From: Candidatus Latescibacterota bacterium
GTDB lineage: Bacteria; Latescibacterota; UBA2968; GCA-2709665
Direction: 5' to 3'
DNA: 64,000 bases
NCBI GenBank assembly: GCA_965203805.1
Contig: OZ241917.1
Coordinates: forward strand, 1,344,001-1,408,000
Position 1 is the stretch's first letter; every line of letters begins with the position of its first letter. The translations under genes and the position numbers were made by a program. Of this stretch, positions 18,679 to 27,975 are shown one piece after another. Under the pieces are notes generated by a model that was not told where the DNA came from, made no database searches, and was given only the letters and a program-made list of their open reading frames with translations.

Positions 18679-19662
18679 CTAAAGGAAATTCTCGCCCGCA
18701 TGATCAGAGAACGAATCGGCGTCGCGGATGTATTGCATGACCGTAGCTGGATTCGTATGTCGGGTGACCGCCATGATTTTGTCCAGCCGGGCACGATGTA
18801 CTGCTGCGCTAGTGACGAATCCCGCGCGTAACGAATGACCGGCAACTTCCTTTGGGTTGAGTCCAATCCTTGAGGCATAGTGCTTGACAATCCGCGGAAT
18901 GTCTGAGTGATGTAGCGGTCTCCCCTGCACGTGACCACCTCGCTTCATTGATTGAAACAACGGTCCTGACTTGATCCGAGATGCTCGTAGCCACACCTGA
19001 AGCCGGTGAATGGGTCGGATTACACTTCCGTCTAGAATTGCTATTCTTTGCCCGCGCCCCTGTTGATCCGTTTTGGACCGGCGGATTGTGAGGAACATGC
19101 GTCGACTCGACCCGTTTTCGGGCTCGAGGAACTCGACATCGTCAACCATCAAGTCGCAAATCTCCGATCGGCGGAGTGCACCAGCAAATCCAACCGAAAT
19201 AATCGCAGCGTCTCGACGCCCAATAGTTGTATCAGGGCATTGGGAGAGCATAGCCTGTATCTGGTATTCTCTCAACGCTTCTACTCGCCGACATGCCGTA
19301 CCCTTAAGCCGAGCCATGCCCTTGAGTGTCGCGCGAACGATAGGATGGTTTGTTGGCGATGACTTTCCTGCTTCGGTAAACTTCCTGTTGACTGCGCTCT
19401 TGTAAAGGGTCACTGTGCCCATTGATAACACCGTCCCGCTTCGCGCGCTCGGATTTGTTGCCAAATGTATGAGAAACCCTGCCACTTGGTCAGGCGAGGC
19501 AGACAACGGCTCGACAATTTCAACTTCGTCGCAATATTCAATGAATCTGGACCACCCTTTTTCGTACGCGATGCGTGTATTCCTCGCCAACGAAGAGAAA
19601 AGGACATCGGTGTGAAAGCTCTGTCCAATCATGCCCGAGGGATTCAACGAAAACTCCTCCAT
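18679..19662 (-). CDS. Tyrosine recombinase (Cre-like, with N-terminal SAM-like domain)
   Basis: GALRRSE (R), SKTDQ (K), GHSLRAG (HxxR), TRH, MQYIR (Y); start could be GTG 19683. Confidence 0.9.
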   Translation of the reverse strand: MEEFSLNPSGMIGQSFHTDVLFSSLARNTRIAYEKGWSRFIEYCDEVEIVEPLSASPDQVAGFLIHLATNPSARSGTVLSMGTVTLYKSAVNRKFTEAGKSSPTNHPIVRATLKGMARLKGTACRRVEALREYQIQAMLSQCPDTTIGRRDAAIISVGFAGALRRSEICDLMVDDVEFLEPENGSSRRMFLTIRRSKTDQQGRGQRIAILDGSVIRPIHRLQVWLRASRIKSGPLFQSMKRGGHVQGRPLHHSDIPRIVKHYASRIGLNPKEVAGHSLRAGFVTSAAVHRARLDKIMAVTRHTNPATVMQYIRDADSFSDHAGENFL

Positions 19663-19716
19663 TAAGGTCCGCCAGTGTCTCACAACTTGGAGATGTGACC
19701 GGATCGAACAATGTGG

Positions 19717-20489
19717 TATAGCAATTTACTACGGAATTAAAACGGGCTATAACGCAGCATTTATCATTGATAACGACACTAAGAACGCGCTGGTCGCTGA
19801 AGATCCAAACTCAGCTGCCTTAATCAAGCCTGTGCTCCGCGGACGGGACATAAAACGCTATCGGGCGAAGTGGGCGAATCTCTGGCTGATAGCAACTTTT
19901 CCTGCTCTGACACTCGACATCGATGATTTTCCAGCAGTGAAGAAGCATTTGCTATCTTTCGGCAAAGCGCGATTAGAACAATCGGGTAGAACCCTTCCGA
20001 ACGGCACGAAATCCAGGAAATATACTATGCACGCTTGGTATGAATTACAGGATACTTGCGCTTACCACGCAGAGTTTAGCAAGGAGAAGTTGATCTGGAT
20101 GGACCTAACAGAACGAGGCCGGTTTGCCTATGATATAGAGTGCCTATTCTGCGTAAACACGGCATTTATAATGTCAGGTCCATCAATCAAATATCTATGC
20201 GCCCTGCTTAATTCAAACTTGGTAACTTGGTTTATGAGGAACACGGCCCTGAATTCCGGAATGGGCGTAACTCGATGGATTAATGCTTCCTGTAGAACCA
20301 ATTCCAATCCCACAACTTACTGGTGCAGAGCAAGTTCCGTTTACGCTCTTAATGGACCGAATCCTTTCAGCCAAAACTGTAGGTCTTGATACTGACACCA
20401 GCGATCTGGAAGTGGAGATAGACCGGATGGTCTATGATCTCTACGGCCTTTCTGAGAAAGAAATCGCCGCGGTAGAGGACAAATCATAA
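19717..20489 (+). pseudogene. Silent inverted copy of the methyltransferase C-terminal target-recognition (TaqI_C-like) domain
   Basis: IAIYYGIKTGYN.AFIIDNDTK...IKPVLRGRDI.RY...CAYH.EFSK.KL.WMD...VYDLYGLSEKEI; no credible start; 1-nt frameshift near 20290. Confidence 0.8.
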
Positions 20490-20639
20490 GTAAACCAACT
20501 TCTGAAACACTACCGGGCAGTTTATCGTTTGTTATCGCGTTGCTGACCGGACGAACAGGATGAAATCCGCTCCTCTACCGCTAAGATCTCCGTCTCTGTG
20601 AGTCCGTACAATGCGTGAACCATATAATTAATCTCCGCT

Positions 20640-23600
20640 TCAATGGCGGCTACGTCGGCATTTGGATCGGCCTCTTTTGGCTTCCAATATGCGGTCGACC
20701 AAGCAGACGAAAGTGTTTTGCTTCGGGACCGAAATTCTAGGTATGGGCAGGTGTTCAACAGCGAATTTTTTCCATTGCAAAAGCCCCATTCCCGTTGTCA
20801 ATGCGTTGTTTTTCATCAACCAAGTAATAAGAGTGCTGTTCAGAATCGCGCAAAGGTATTTCAGGGATTCACCCGTTAAGAAAAACCCTTTGTCGTTGCA
20901 ATATATCTGCACCTTGGAGTAGGCAAATCTGCCACTATTTGACATGTCCATCCAGAAGAGCTTTTGCTTAGAGAATTCCTCATGGTAAGCGCAATTACGG
21001 AGATTGTACGGTGTACTGCCTTTGTCTTGCCGCTCTTCCAGTTGGGGAAAGAACTCGTCCAAATGGTTCTTGATGGCTGGGTATTCTTCAATATCGACAG
21101 CGGGAACATTGCCGTATCCATTGTGCGTGTCAATTAGCCAAAGGCCTGCCCAAAGGACACTGTAACGCTGAATATCTCTGCCGCGCAGCAGCGGCTTTAT
21201 TATTTCTGCCGAGCGTGAATCTTCGGTTATCAATGCTTCCTTAGTGTCGTTATCAATGACAAAGGCGTCATTGTAACCAGTAAGAACCCCTCGGTAAATT
21301 GCTATATCCCAATCTTTCAACGGCGTACCTCTAGCCTGCATCTTGTCCATAACGCTTTGTTCAGTGCGTGACAGGATGCTCCATGGCTTTTCGCCGCTCA
21401 GACGCGTTTGACCCCAAAACCCTTCTGGAGGCGGAAAATCACCGGTAGGCAGTTTGTCAATGTCGACAGCGCGGCAGACATTGTTGCCGTTACCCTCGCG
21501 GAGAATCAGAACACTGGTGTCAACGATTGTGTTTACAAAGACGTCCTTACCCATCTCCAAAAGGCGAAGGGGCGTGTGTCGCTCCGAGAAATACCGACGA
21601 AGGGCCTTGCCGTATTCAGCCTTCAACCAACTGTTGGAGGTGATGTAAGCCAACAACCCCTGGGTAGGCTTCAGTAGTTGACAACCCTTCTCGTAGAAAA
21701 GCTGGTAAACATCCCCAGTACGGACAAAGGTTTCAAAGCCGGTTTTCTTGTATCGCTTTCCCAACTCTCCACCGTTTTTTTGCAATTGAATGTACGGCGG
21801 ATTCCCAATAACGACATTGAAGCCATCTTCGATTCCGAACATATACTTGGTGTCAAACCAATCCGCCTTCGCATTCTGATCATAGGACTTCCACCGGGCG
21901 ATTTTTCGAGCATCTTCAAAGCTTAAATCAAACTCTCCCTTTCGTATCTTGAACTTTTTCTGTTCTTCAATGCGCAGTTGTTCGCGGTGTTCTGCATTGG
22001 GTATTTGTGCGATTCTTCGTTCAATCTCCCGTTGCTCTCTCCCGACCCAATTTGCTCGTAGGGCTTCTAATTCACGTTCCAATTGATCTAGCAGATCTTT
22101 TTCCTGGCGGATATACTGGAGTTTTTTCGGGCGATTGTTGGCAAGAAAATACCTCGCGCGAATCGCCTCGATTTGCATTCGGAATTGCTGAACTTTGTTG
22201 TCTTGAAGAAGCGAGTGTACTTCGTAAAGCTTAAGGCCGACGAGCGTGTCTGCGGCAACAAATCGGGTCTCCAAATTCGGCAGCGGTTTGATCCCTAAGT
22301 TTTTTTTCTTCTCATCTGGATCCTGTTCAATTGCCAGTGAAATAAAAAAGCGCAATTTAGCAATCTGACAGGCTACAGGCTGAATGTCCACGCCAAAAAT
22401 GCTGTTCTGGATGAGGTAGAGCTTGCGCCCGAAGTCTCCGGAATACCGTTGAAAGGTATCGCTAATCTCTAGCAGTTGGGCGTCGCGTTCATGTTGGTTT
22501 ATATTCTCAAACGCCGCGTCCGCCTCTGCTCGCGCGCGTTCCCTTTGAAGTGCTTTCCAGCGCAGGTTGCGGGGGTCAAGCCTTCTAAGGGCCAGGGTCA
22601 ACTTGTGCAGCATGCCCATCGGAAACGCGCCGGAACCGACTGCTGGGTCCAGCACTTTCATCTTGGCAATGGCGTGCACAATGGCCTCCGCCTCGACTTC
22701 CTCAAAGAGTTCATTGGCATCATCAAATGCGTCTTCATAATCCAGCAGGTAGCGTAACCGCTCTTCCCAGAATTCCCCATTGCCGTCCGCTGGAAGAACA
22801 TCCTTCTTCAGCGTCGCCAAGACTACTTCATCCACCATATAGTCAACTACCGCGCGGGGCGTGTAGTACGAGCCGGTCCGCCTGCGCGCAGTGTCTTGAG
22901 TTTCAGGGTTGTACGCAGCGAGAAGGTTCTCGAAAACTTTGCCTAGCAATTCCGGATCTAGGGCGACTTCCTGCTCTATAGGTGTATTTTCCTCTACTGT
23001 GAACTTGTAATTGTTGAACAGCGTGATAAGCCCTTCTCCACCAAAAAACAGGTGATTTGGGATGGAATATTCGCGACGCTGAGCAGGGTTGTCGGTAAAG
23101 CAGTCGAGGCGCGCGCCTCCCGCCCCGACGGCTTCAAAGTCGTCCAGGCAGTCAAACAGACCGCCGTTGATAAAGGGCGTTTGCGCAAACAGTTCGAGCA
23201 ATCCATCCGGGTCGGTCATTTCCTTTCTGTATCGGTACACTGAAGGATTGCGGTGGTCAGCGCGATTCTGCCTGCTAAAACGACGTTTATCAATTTCGGT
23301 GTTGAGAGTAGCAAAAAACAAGTTCTGCAATATGGCGCGGTAGTAGGAGTCGCCTGTTTGGAGGTCGAAGTCTTCCAGTAGTTCGCTGACCTTCTGCTCA
23401 ATGAACAAGCCCTCGGCGATCAGCTTCTTTTCCTTAATGAACCAGACGAACATTAAGCGGGTAATGAGGCGGATCGTATGCTCTTCGGGTTCCAGAGTCT
23501 TAGCTTCGTTCGCAGGAAACTTCGCGTCGGAGACGGCTCTTTCAAACCAATCGAAGAGTTCGCCGTAGAACCGCCGATTGAGTTCCTCCGTATCCAATTT

Positions 23601-24266
23601 GTCCAACCAGGCGGCCAGCAGGCCGTCGAAATTGTTCGGCTTGTTGTGGAGATCCATCCACGTAGTGCACTCGGTCAGCGACAACTCAGCCAATATGTCC
23701 AGATGGGCGCGGTGGGGATTCTTCGGTGCAATCTCACGTATCAAAGACACTTTGCCCAATACATCGCGCGCAGGGTCGCGCTTGTGCTCTCGGCGGTGAA
23801 CAAAGGCAAGAGTCAGCAGATTGGATGTTGTGCGGAAGAGAACGACGGAGGGTTGGCTCAGGCGTTTGTTGATCTCACGGGTGAATCGCGCGTACTCCCC
23901 TCGAGTGCAGGTCGATTCCTTGAGTTCAACGGAGAAGAAGACGAAGCTTTGCTGTTGTCCCTTGTCAAAGGTAGCGGAATCAAATCCGATCGTAGGATGG
24001 GTGCTGGCGCCGACCTCGTCGCTTGTCACCTGAAAAATCAACTTCACGGACTCCGTCAGTTTGCGAAACTCCTCTTCGGACTTTGTGTTTTGATTTGGGG
24101 CCGGGAATTCACGAATAAAGTCGTCCACACTTCCTGGTAATTCCTCGGTGCGCTCGCTTTGATAGCCCAGCACTTCGAACAGGCGTTTCGCTGCCACCTC
24201 AAAGTCGTCATCATGGATTCCGTTTAGCGCCGAACAAATATCTTCTCTGATGTCTGGCTGTGTCAT
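20640..24266 (-). CDS. Eco57I-like Type IIG restriction-modification enzyme / N6-adenine DNA methyltransferase
   Basis: PFINGGLF, DPELLGKVFENLL, GSYYTPR, VLDPAVGSGAF (motif I), GVDIQ, VIGNPPY (motif IV), C-terminal TRD; apparent +1 frameshift near 20676 moves the natural C-terminus (to about 20522) out of frame. Confidence 0.88.
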   Translation of the reverse strand: MTQPDIREDICSALNGIHDDDFEVAAKRLFEVLGYQSERTEELPGSVDDFIREFPAPNQNTKSEEEFRKLTESVKLIFQVTSDEVGASTHPTIGFDSATFDKGQQQSFVFFSVELKESTCTRGEYARFTREINKRLSQPSVVLFRTTSNLLTLAFVHRREHKRDPARDVLGKVSLIREIAPKNPHRAHLDILAELSLTECTTWMDLHNKPNNFDGLLAAWLDKLDTEELNRRFYGELFDWFERAVSDAKFPANEAKTLEPEEHTIRLITRLMFVWFIKEKKLIAEGLFIEQKVSELLEDFDLQTGDSYYRAILQNLFFATLNTEIDKRRFSRQNRADHRNPSVYRYRKEMTDPDGLLELFAQTPFINGGLFDCLDDFEAVGAGGARLDCFTDNPAQRREYSIPNHLFFGGEGLITLFNNYKFTVEENTPIEQEVALDPELLGKVFENLLAAYNPETQDTARRRTGSYYTPRAVVDYMVDEVVLATLKKDVLPADGNGEFWEERLRYLLDYEDAFDDANELFEEVEAEAIVHAIAKMKVLDPAVGSGAFPMGMLHKLTLALRRLDPRNLRWKALQRERARAEADAAFENINQHERDAQLLEISDTFQRYSGDFGRKLYLIQNSIFGVDIQPVACQIAKLRFFISLAIEQDPDEKKKNLGIKPLPNLETRFVAADTLVGLKLYEVHSLLQDNKVQQFRMQIEAIRARYFLANNRPKKLQYIRQEKDLLDQLERELEALRANWVGREQREIERRIAQIPNAEHREQLRIEEQKKFKIRKGEFDLSFEDARKIARWKSYDQNAKADWFDTKYMFGIEDGFNVVIGNPPYIQLQKNGGELGKRYKKTGFETFVRTGDVYQLFYEKGCQLLKPTQGLLAYITSNSWLKAEYGKALRRYFSERHTPLRLLEMGKDVFVNTIVDTSVLILREGNGNNVCRAVDIDKLPTGDFPPPEGFWGQTRLSGEKPWSILSRTEQSVMDKMQARGTPLKDWDIAIYRGVLTGYNDAFVIDNDTKEALITEDSRSAEIIKPLLRGRDIQRYSVLWAGLWLIDTHNGYGNVPAVDIEEYPAIKNHLDEFFPQLEERQDKGSTPYNLRNCAYHEEFSKQKLFWMDMSNSGRFAYSKVQIYCNDKGFFLTGESLKYLCAILNSTLITWLMKNNALTTGMGLLQWKKFAVEHLPIPRISVPKQNTFVCLVDRILEAKRGRSKCRRSRH

Positions 24267-24432
24267 CGTCGATCTTTCTGTAAAACTCTTACCTGTTGGG
24301 GACGAGAGCGATTATGGTGGAACCGAGATTCGAGTGGCCTTAGTCACATGTGTACATAGCCACTTTCTCCCGCATTGTTGGCTCCTACAAAGATGCCCAG
24401 CACTTGTCTACGGTATCCAAGCGCCTTTCTAG

Positions 24433-26069
24433 CCTGACTAATTCATGAAACTGAACGGAACAGTGTTTTTGGAAGCAAAAAGTGATCTATAGAAGGGGAA
24501 ATAGTCAAATGACGTGTTGGTGACGGGATAATGCGTAATTTTGGGTGGTCTGTCAGCATCGAGGGGTGTCGAGTTCTTTGATTTGTGGATGGAAAGGACA
24601 GACGGATGCCTTGGTCTTACTTTTGGCGATGAGAAAGGGACGGCGGGGCCTGCGTGAAGCGTCTGCGTTATGGAACTGCCTTTGCCAAATTGCATAGGAT
24701 GGTGCCATAGAGGTGTTTCAAGGGAAATGAGGTTGGCAAATGGAGTTTGATTTTGGTTTTGAGTTCGGACACTCTCCCGGCGACTTTGAGGATGCGATTC
24801 TGAATGGTATTAAACTGCGCGTGCGTCCATTGGGTGGTCCGGAGTCCTTTTTCGGTAAGGGTGTGCATCAGGACATAAGCGGCACTATGCAGGAAGAGAC
24901 GGAAGTGATTGGCTTCGAAGGTGTGGCAGGAGGTACGATCGGAATGGAGGAAGGTTTTGTGATTCTTGATGAAGTTTTCCATCCTGCCTGCCTGGCCGGC
25001 AGACAGGCCGCGCGCACAATAGACGGTTTTGTAGAGGAATGAGGGCTGGCTACTCTTCAGGTTGGTGACGACAAAGCGTGTATTGGCTTGTCCGGAAGCG
25101 GTGATTTCAGCTTTGTAGATGATGCGTCTTGGCACGGCCCACGAATCTGCCTGGTAAGCGAAACTGGTAAATCGCTGCACAGGCTGTCCGGTCTCCCGAT
25201 ACTGTGCCTTTGCCTGCTCGATCAGCGCGTGTCCCCGTTGTGCAAGCCTGGCATTGCCCGTCTGTCCCAGCACGAAATACACCTCTTGCTCGTCGCAGAA
25301 GTCGTGGACCTCGGGACAGGAAAAATGGCCGTCGCCACGCAAAAAGAGTCGCACGTGCGGCCACGCCTCGCGAAGGCGTTTCACCAGTCGCTTGAGAACG
25401 GTGACAATCTGTTTGCCGGTAGGACGGGCGCCCGGACGCAAAAGCGTCGTGATCAGTCTTCCTGTCTGCCCTTCATAGATATGCAAGGGACAGTAACAGC
25501 GTTCACCATAATAGCCATTGAACATCGCCAACTGTTGACAGCCGTAAACCTCGTCGTCGGTGTCATCGATATCCAGAACGACCGCGTTGGGAGGCCGCTT
25601 GTAGGACGCGATAAACCCGTCCACAAGGGCCTCGGCAATACGATATAAGTCCCGGCGACGAATGCCGTTTTCCAATCGACTCATCGTGGGTTGGCTGGCC
25701 AACGGCCCCCCTGATATCGGCAACCGACCACAGGCCGCCTTGAACGCGGGGTCAAAGCGCAGCAAATCGCAATCGTTCGCATCTTCATACGCGCACGCGA
25801 TCTGAAACACACGCTGGCTGATCAGATCCGACATCGTGTGATCCCTGCCTGCGCCAAGTGCAGCGCGGCAGGCAGGCTGGTGAGCACACCGCCGTCGAAG
25901 ACGGCTTCCACCTGCTTGCCAGAAACACTTGCGAACGGAACTGTGAGTTGACTATCTTGACCTTCCACGGTAGTTTCCTCCTGTTTCATTGTGTTATGGT
26001 TATTCGCCTAACCATAATATAATACAATGACTTGGGTAAGGAAACTACCTTTTTTGTGAATAATTGGGG
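24433..26069 (-). mobile_element. Second IS1380-family element (1637 bp), degenerate
   Basis: IRs CCTGACTAATTCAT / GTGAATAATTGGGG; CTAG duplication at 24429-24432 and 26070-26073. Confidence 0.9.
24668..25968 (-). pseudogene. IS1380-family transposase, frameshifted and internally deleted near the N-terminus
   Basis: True start GTG 25968 (MEGQDSQLTVPFASVSGKQVEAVFDGGVLTS) is out of frame with the 388-aa ORF; about 33 codons are replaced by a palindrome. Confidence 0.85.
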
Positions 26070-26355
26070 CTAGATCTCCCTCAACTTCGTTGTTCTACCA
26101 TCAGAGTAACCGTCAATTGGAGTGGAAATTTCCAAATCACTGTAAATAAGCATATTAATCCAAAATAACGAAAGCTGCAATCCAAGAGTTACGACTTCTG
26201 TCAAATTACCATCAGATTACAATGATTCCCAAAACCGCATACATTTCGCGAGTCTGCCTCCATGAACTAATGCGCCTGCGAAGGTACCATCGCAGGGTTC
26301 TGTCACTACACCGCTGATTTGGACCCACAGATGACATACCCTCTGGCGTGATGCG

Positions 26356-27975
26356 TCAATTTGCGAACATTTCTGGCTCCAGGAGGTCGCGCGACCAACG
26401 GCGCAGGCGGCTGATTGCCTTTACCTTGATTTGGCGGATGCGTTCGCGTGTGAGACTCATCATCACGCCGATTTCCTCCAATGTATGGCTGTCGCTGCCA
26501 TTCAGCCCAAAATGCAGGCCGATTACTTCCGCCTCGCGTGGTGGGAGGCGCTCAAGCGCTTCCTCAATCAATAACAGCGCCGATTCGCGCATAACATCGG
26601 CATCTGGCGCGGCGATTTTTTCATCGGCCAAAATTTCGAGCAGACTCCGTTTATCCTCGGTGAAGGGTTCGTGGAGGGCATATACACTACCAGCACTCAA
26701 GATGGTTTCAATGATCTTTTCTGCTTGAAACCCTAGTTTCGCAGCTATTTCTTCCACAACTTCCTGGGACAGTCGTTCAAGTTCCGTGGTTCTAAATCCA
26801 GGGGTGTGCCCGTTAGACGGCTCGTGATGTAATACTCTTGATATGTCCTTTAGCAAGGCGACCCTGTTGAGTGGCAGACGTACAACCCGCACATGCTCGT
26901 CGACTGATTTCAATATCGCCTGGCGAATCCACCAAACTGCATACGTGATGAATTTATGACCCAAAGATCCATCAAAGCGGCCAGCCGCTTCTATCAAACC
27001 TATGTTACCAGCGCCAATCAAATCAGAAAGCGGCAGACCACGATTCTGATATCGTTTCGCTTCGTTAATGACGAAGCGCAAATTGGCGCAGATCATCTCG
27101 TCACGCGCTTCCATGTCACCATATTTGATTCGGCCAGCCAGTTCTACTTCGCGTTCTCTGGAAAGGGGTGTGGAATCAGCGACATCGTCGAAATAAAGCC
27201 GCAGGTTATTCTCCTCTCCTTCAGGAAACCTGGCCTCAGGCTCCACCTGCTCAAGCCAGTCCTTTGTATACCGGTAGAATGTCTGGCCGCGTTCTGTGGT
27301 GTCCATTTTAGATAGCCAAGCGTTCAGCAAGCCGTCACAGTTGCACGACCTAAGATTGGCGTTAAGCCATCTGGTGCACTCGAGAAGCGACAGTTCAGTC
27401 AGGACATCCAGATCGCCACGGCGTGGATTGTCCGTCTGAATTTCTCTACTCAACGAGGTAACTCGTTCCAGCACATCAAGAGTGATATCAAGCTTGTTAG
27501 GCCGGCGACTGATAACGGCGATGGTCAAGAGTGCTCCGGATCGGAAAAAAACCACCACTGGAACTTTCACTCGCTTGTCGATCTCCCTGGTGAATTCGTC
27601 ATATATACCTCGGGGATAGTCACCTCCCTTAAGTTCCACCGCGAAGAAAAGAATGCTTTGCTGCCGACCCTCTTCAATCGAAGAAGCCCGATCCCGTAGC
27701 GTTTTTGGATTCTCAGAAGCGATCTCATCGTTTGTCAGTTGAAAAACAATCCTCACAGACTGGACATGCTTGCGAAATGCCCGCTCATTCCTGGTGTTTG
27801 ATTTCCGTGCCGGAAACTCGTCGATAAAGCCATCCACATCGCCGGAAAGATCCAGGGTACGGTCACTCCGATAGCCGAGGACTGCGAGCAGGTCCTTAGC
27901 TGCCTCAATCAAATCGTTGTTTGATGAAGCTTCCAGAGAGGCTTTGATTCTTCCTCGGATATCTGACATGCTCAC
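26356..27975 (-). CDS. Fusion: R-M N-terminal domain (about 255 aa) plus RpoD/RpoS-like sigma-70 factor (regions 1.2-4)
   Basis: N-terminus colinear with the N-terminus of 20640..24266; then LRLYF..V...PLSREREVEL, ANLRFV..AKRY.NRGL..DLI..GNIGL..AA.RFD, F.TYAVWWIRQAI, TLEEIG....TRERIRQI. Confidence 0.85.
   Translation of the reverse strand: MSMSDIRGRIKASLEASSNNDLIEAAKDLLAVLGYRSDRTLDLSGDVDGFIDEFPARKSNTRNERAFRKHVQSVRIVFQLTNDEIASENPKTLRDRASSIEEGRQQSILFFAVELKGGDYPRGIYDEFTREIDKRVKVPVVVFFRSGALLTIAVISRRPNKLDITLDVLERVTSLSREIQTDNPRRGDLDVLTELSLLECTRWLNANLRSCNCDGLLNAWLSKMDTTERGQTFYRYTKDWLEQVEPEARFPEGEENNLRLYFDDVADSTPLSREREVELAGRIKYGDMEARDEMICANLRFVINEAKRYQNRGLPLSDLIGAGNIGLIEAAGRFDGSLGHKFITYAVWWIRQAILKSVDEHVRVVRLPLNRVALLKDISRVLHHEPSNGHTPGFRTTELERLSQEVVEEIAAKLGFQAEKIIETILSAGSVYALHEPFTEDKRSLLEILADEKIAAPDADVMRESALLLIEEALERLPPREAEVIGLHFGLNGSDSHTLEEIGVMMSLTRERIRQIKVKAISRLRRWSRDLLEPEMFAN

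Noticed and set aside
19631-19716. N-terminus of ORF 19631..20389 as a real gene start
   Set aside because: It overlaps the recombinase start on the opposite strand, and homology to the TRD begins only at about 19717.
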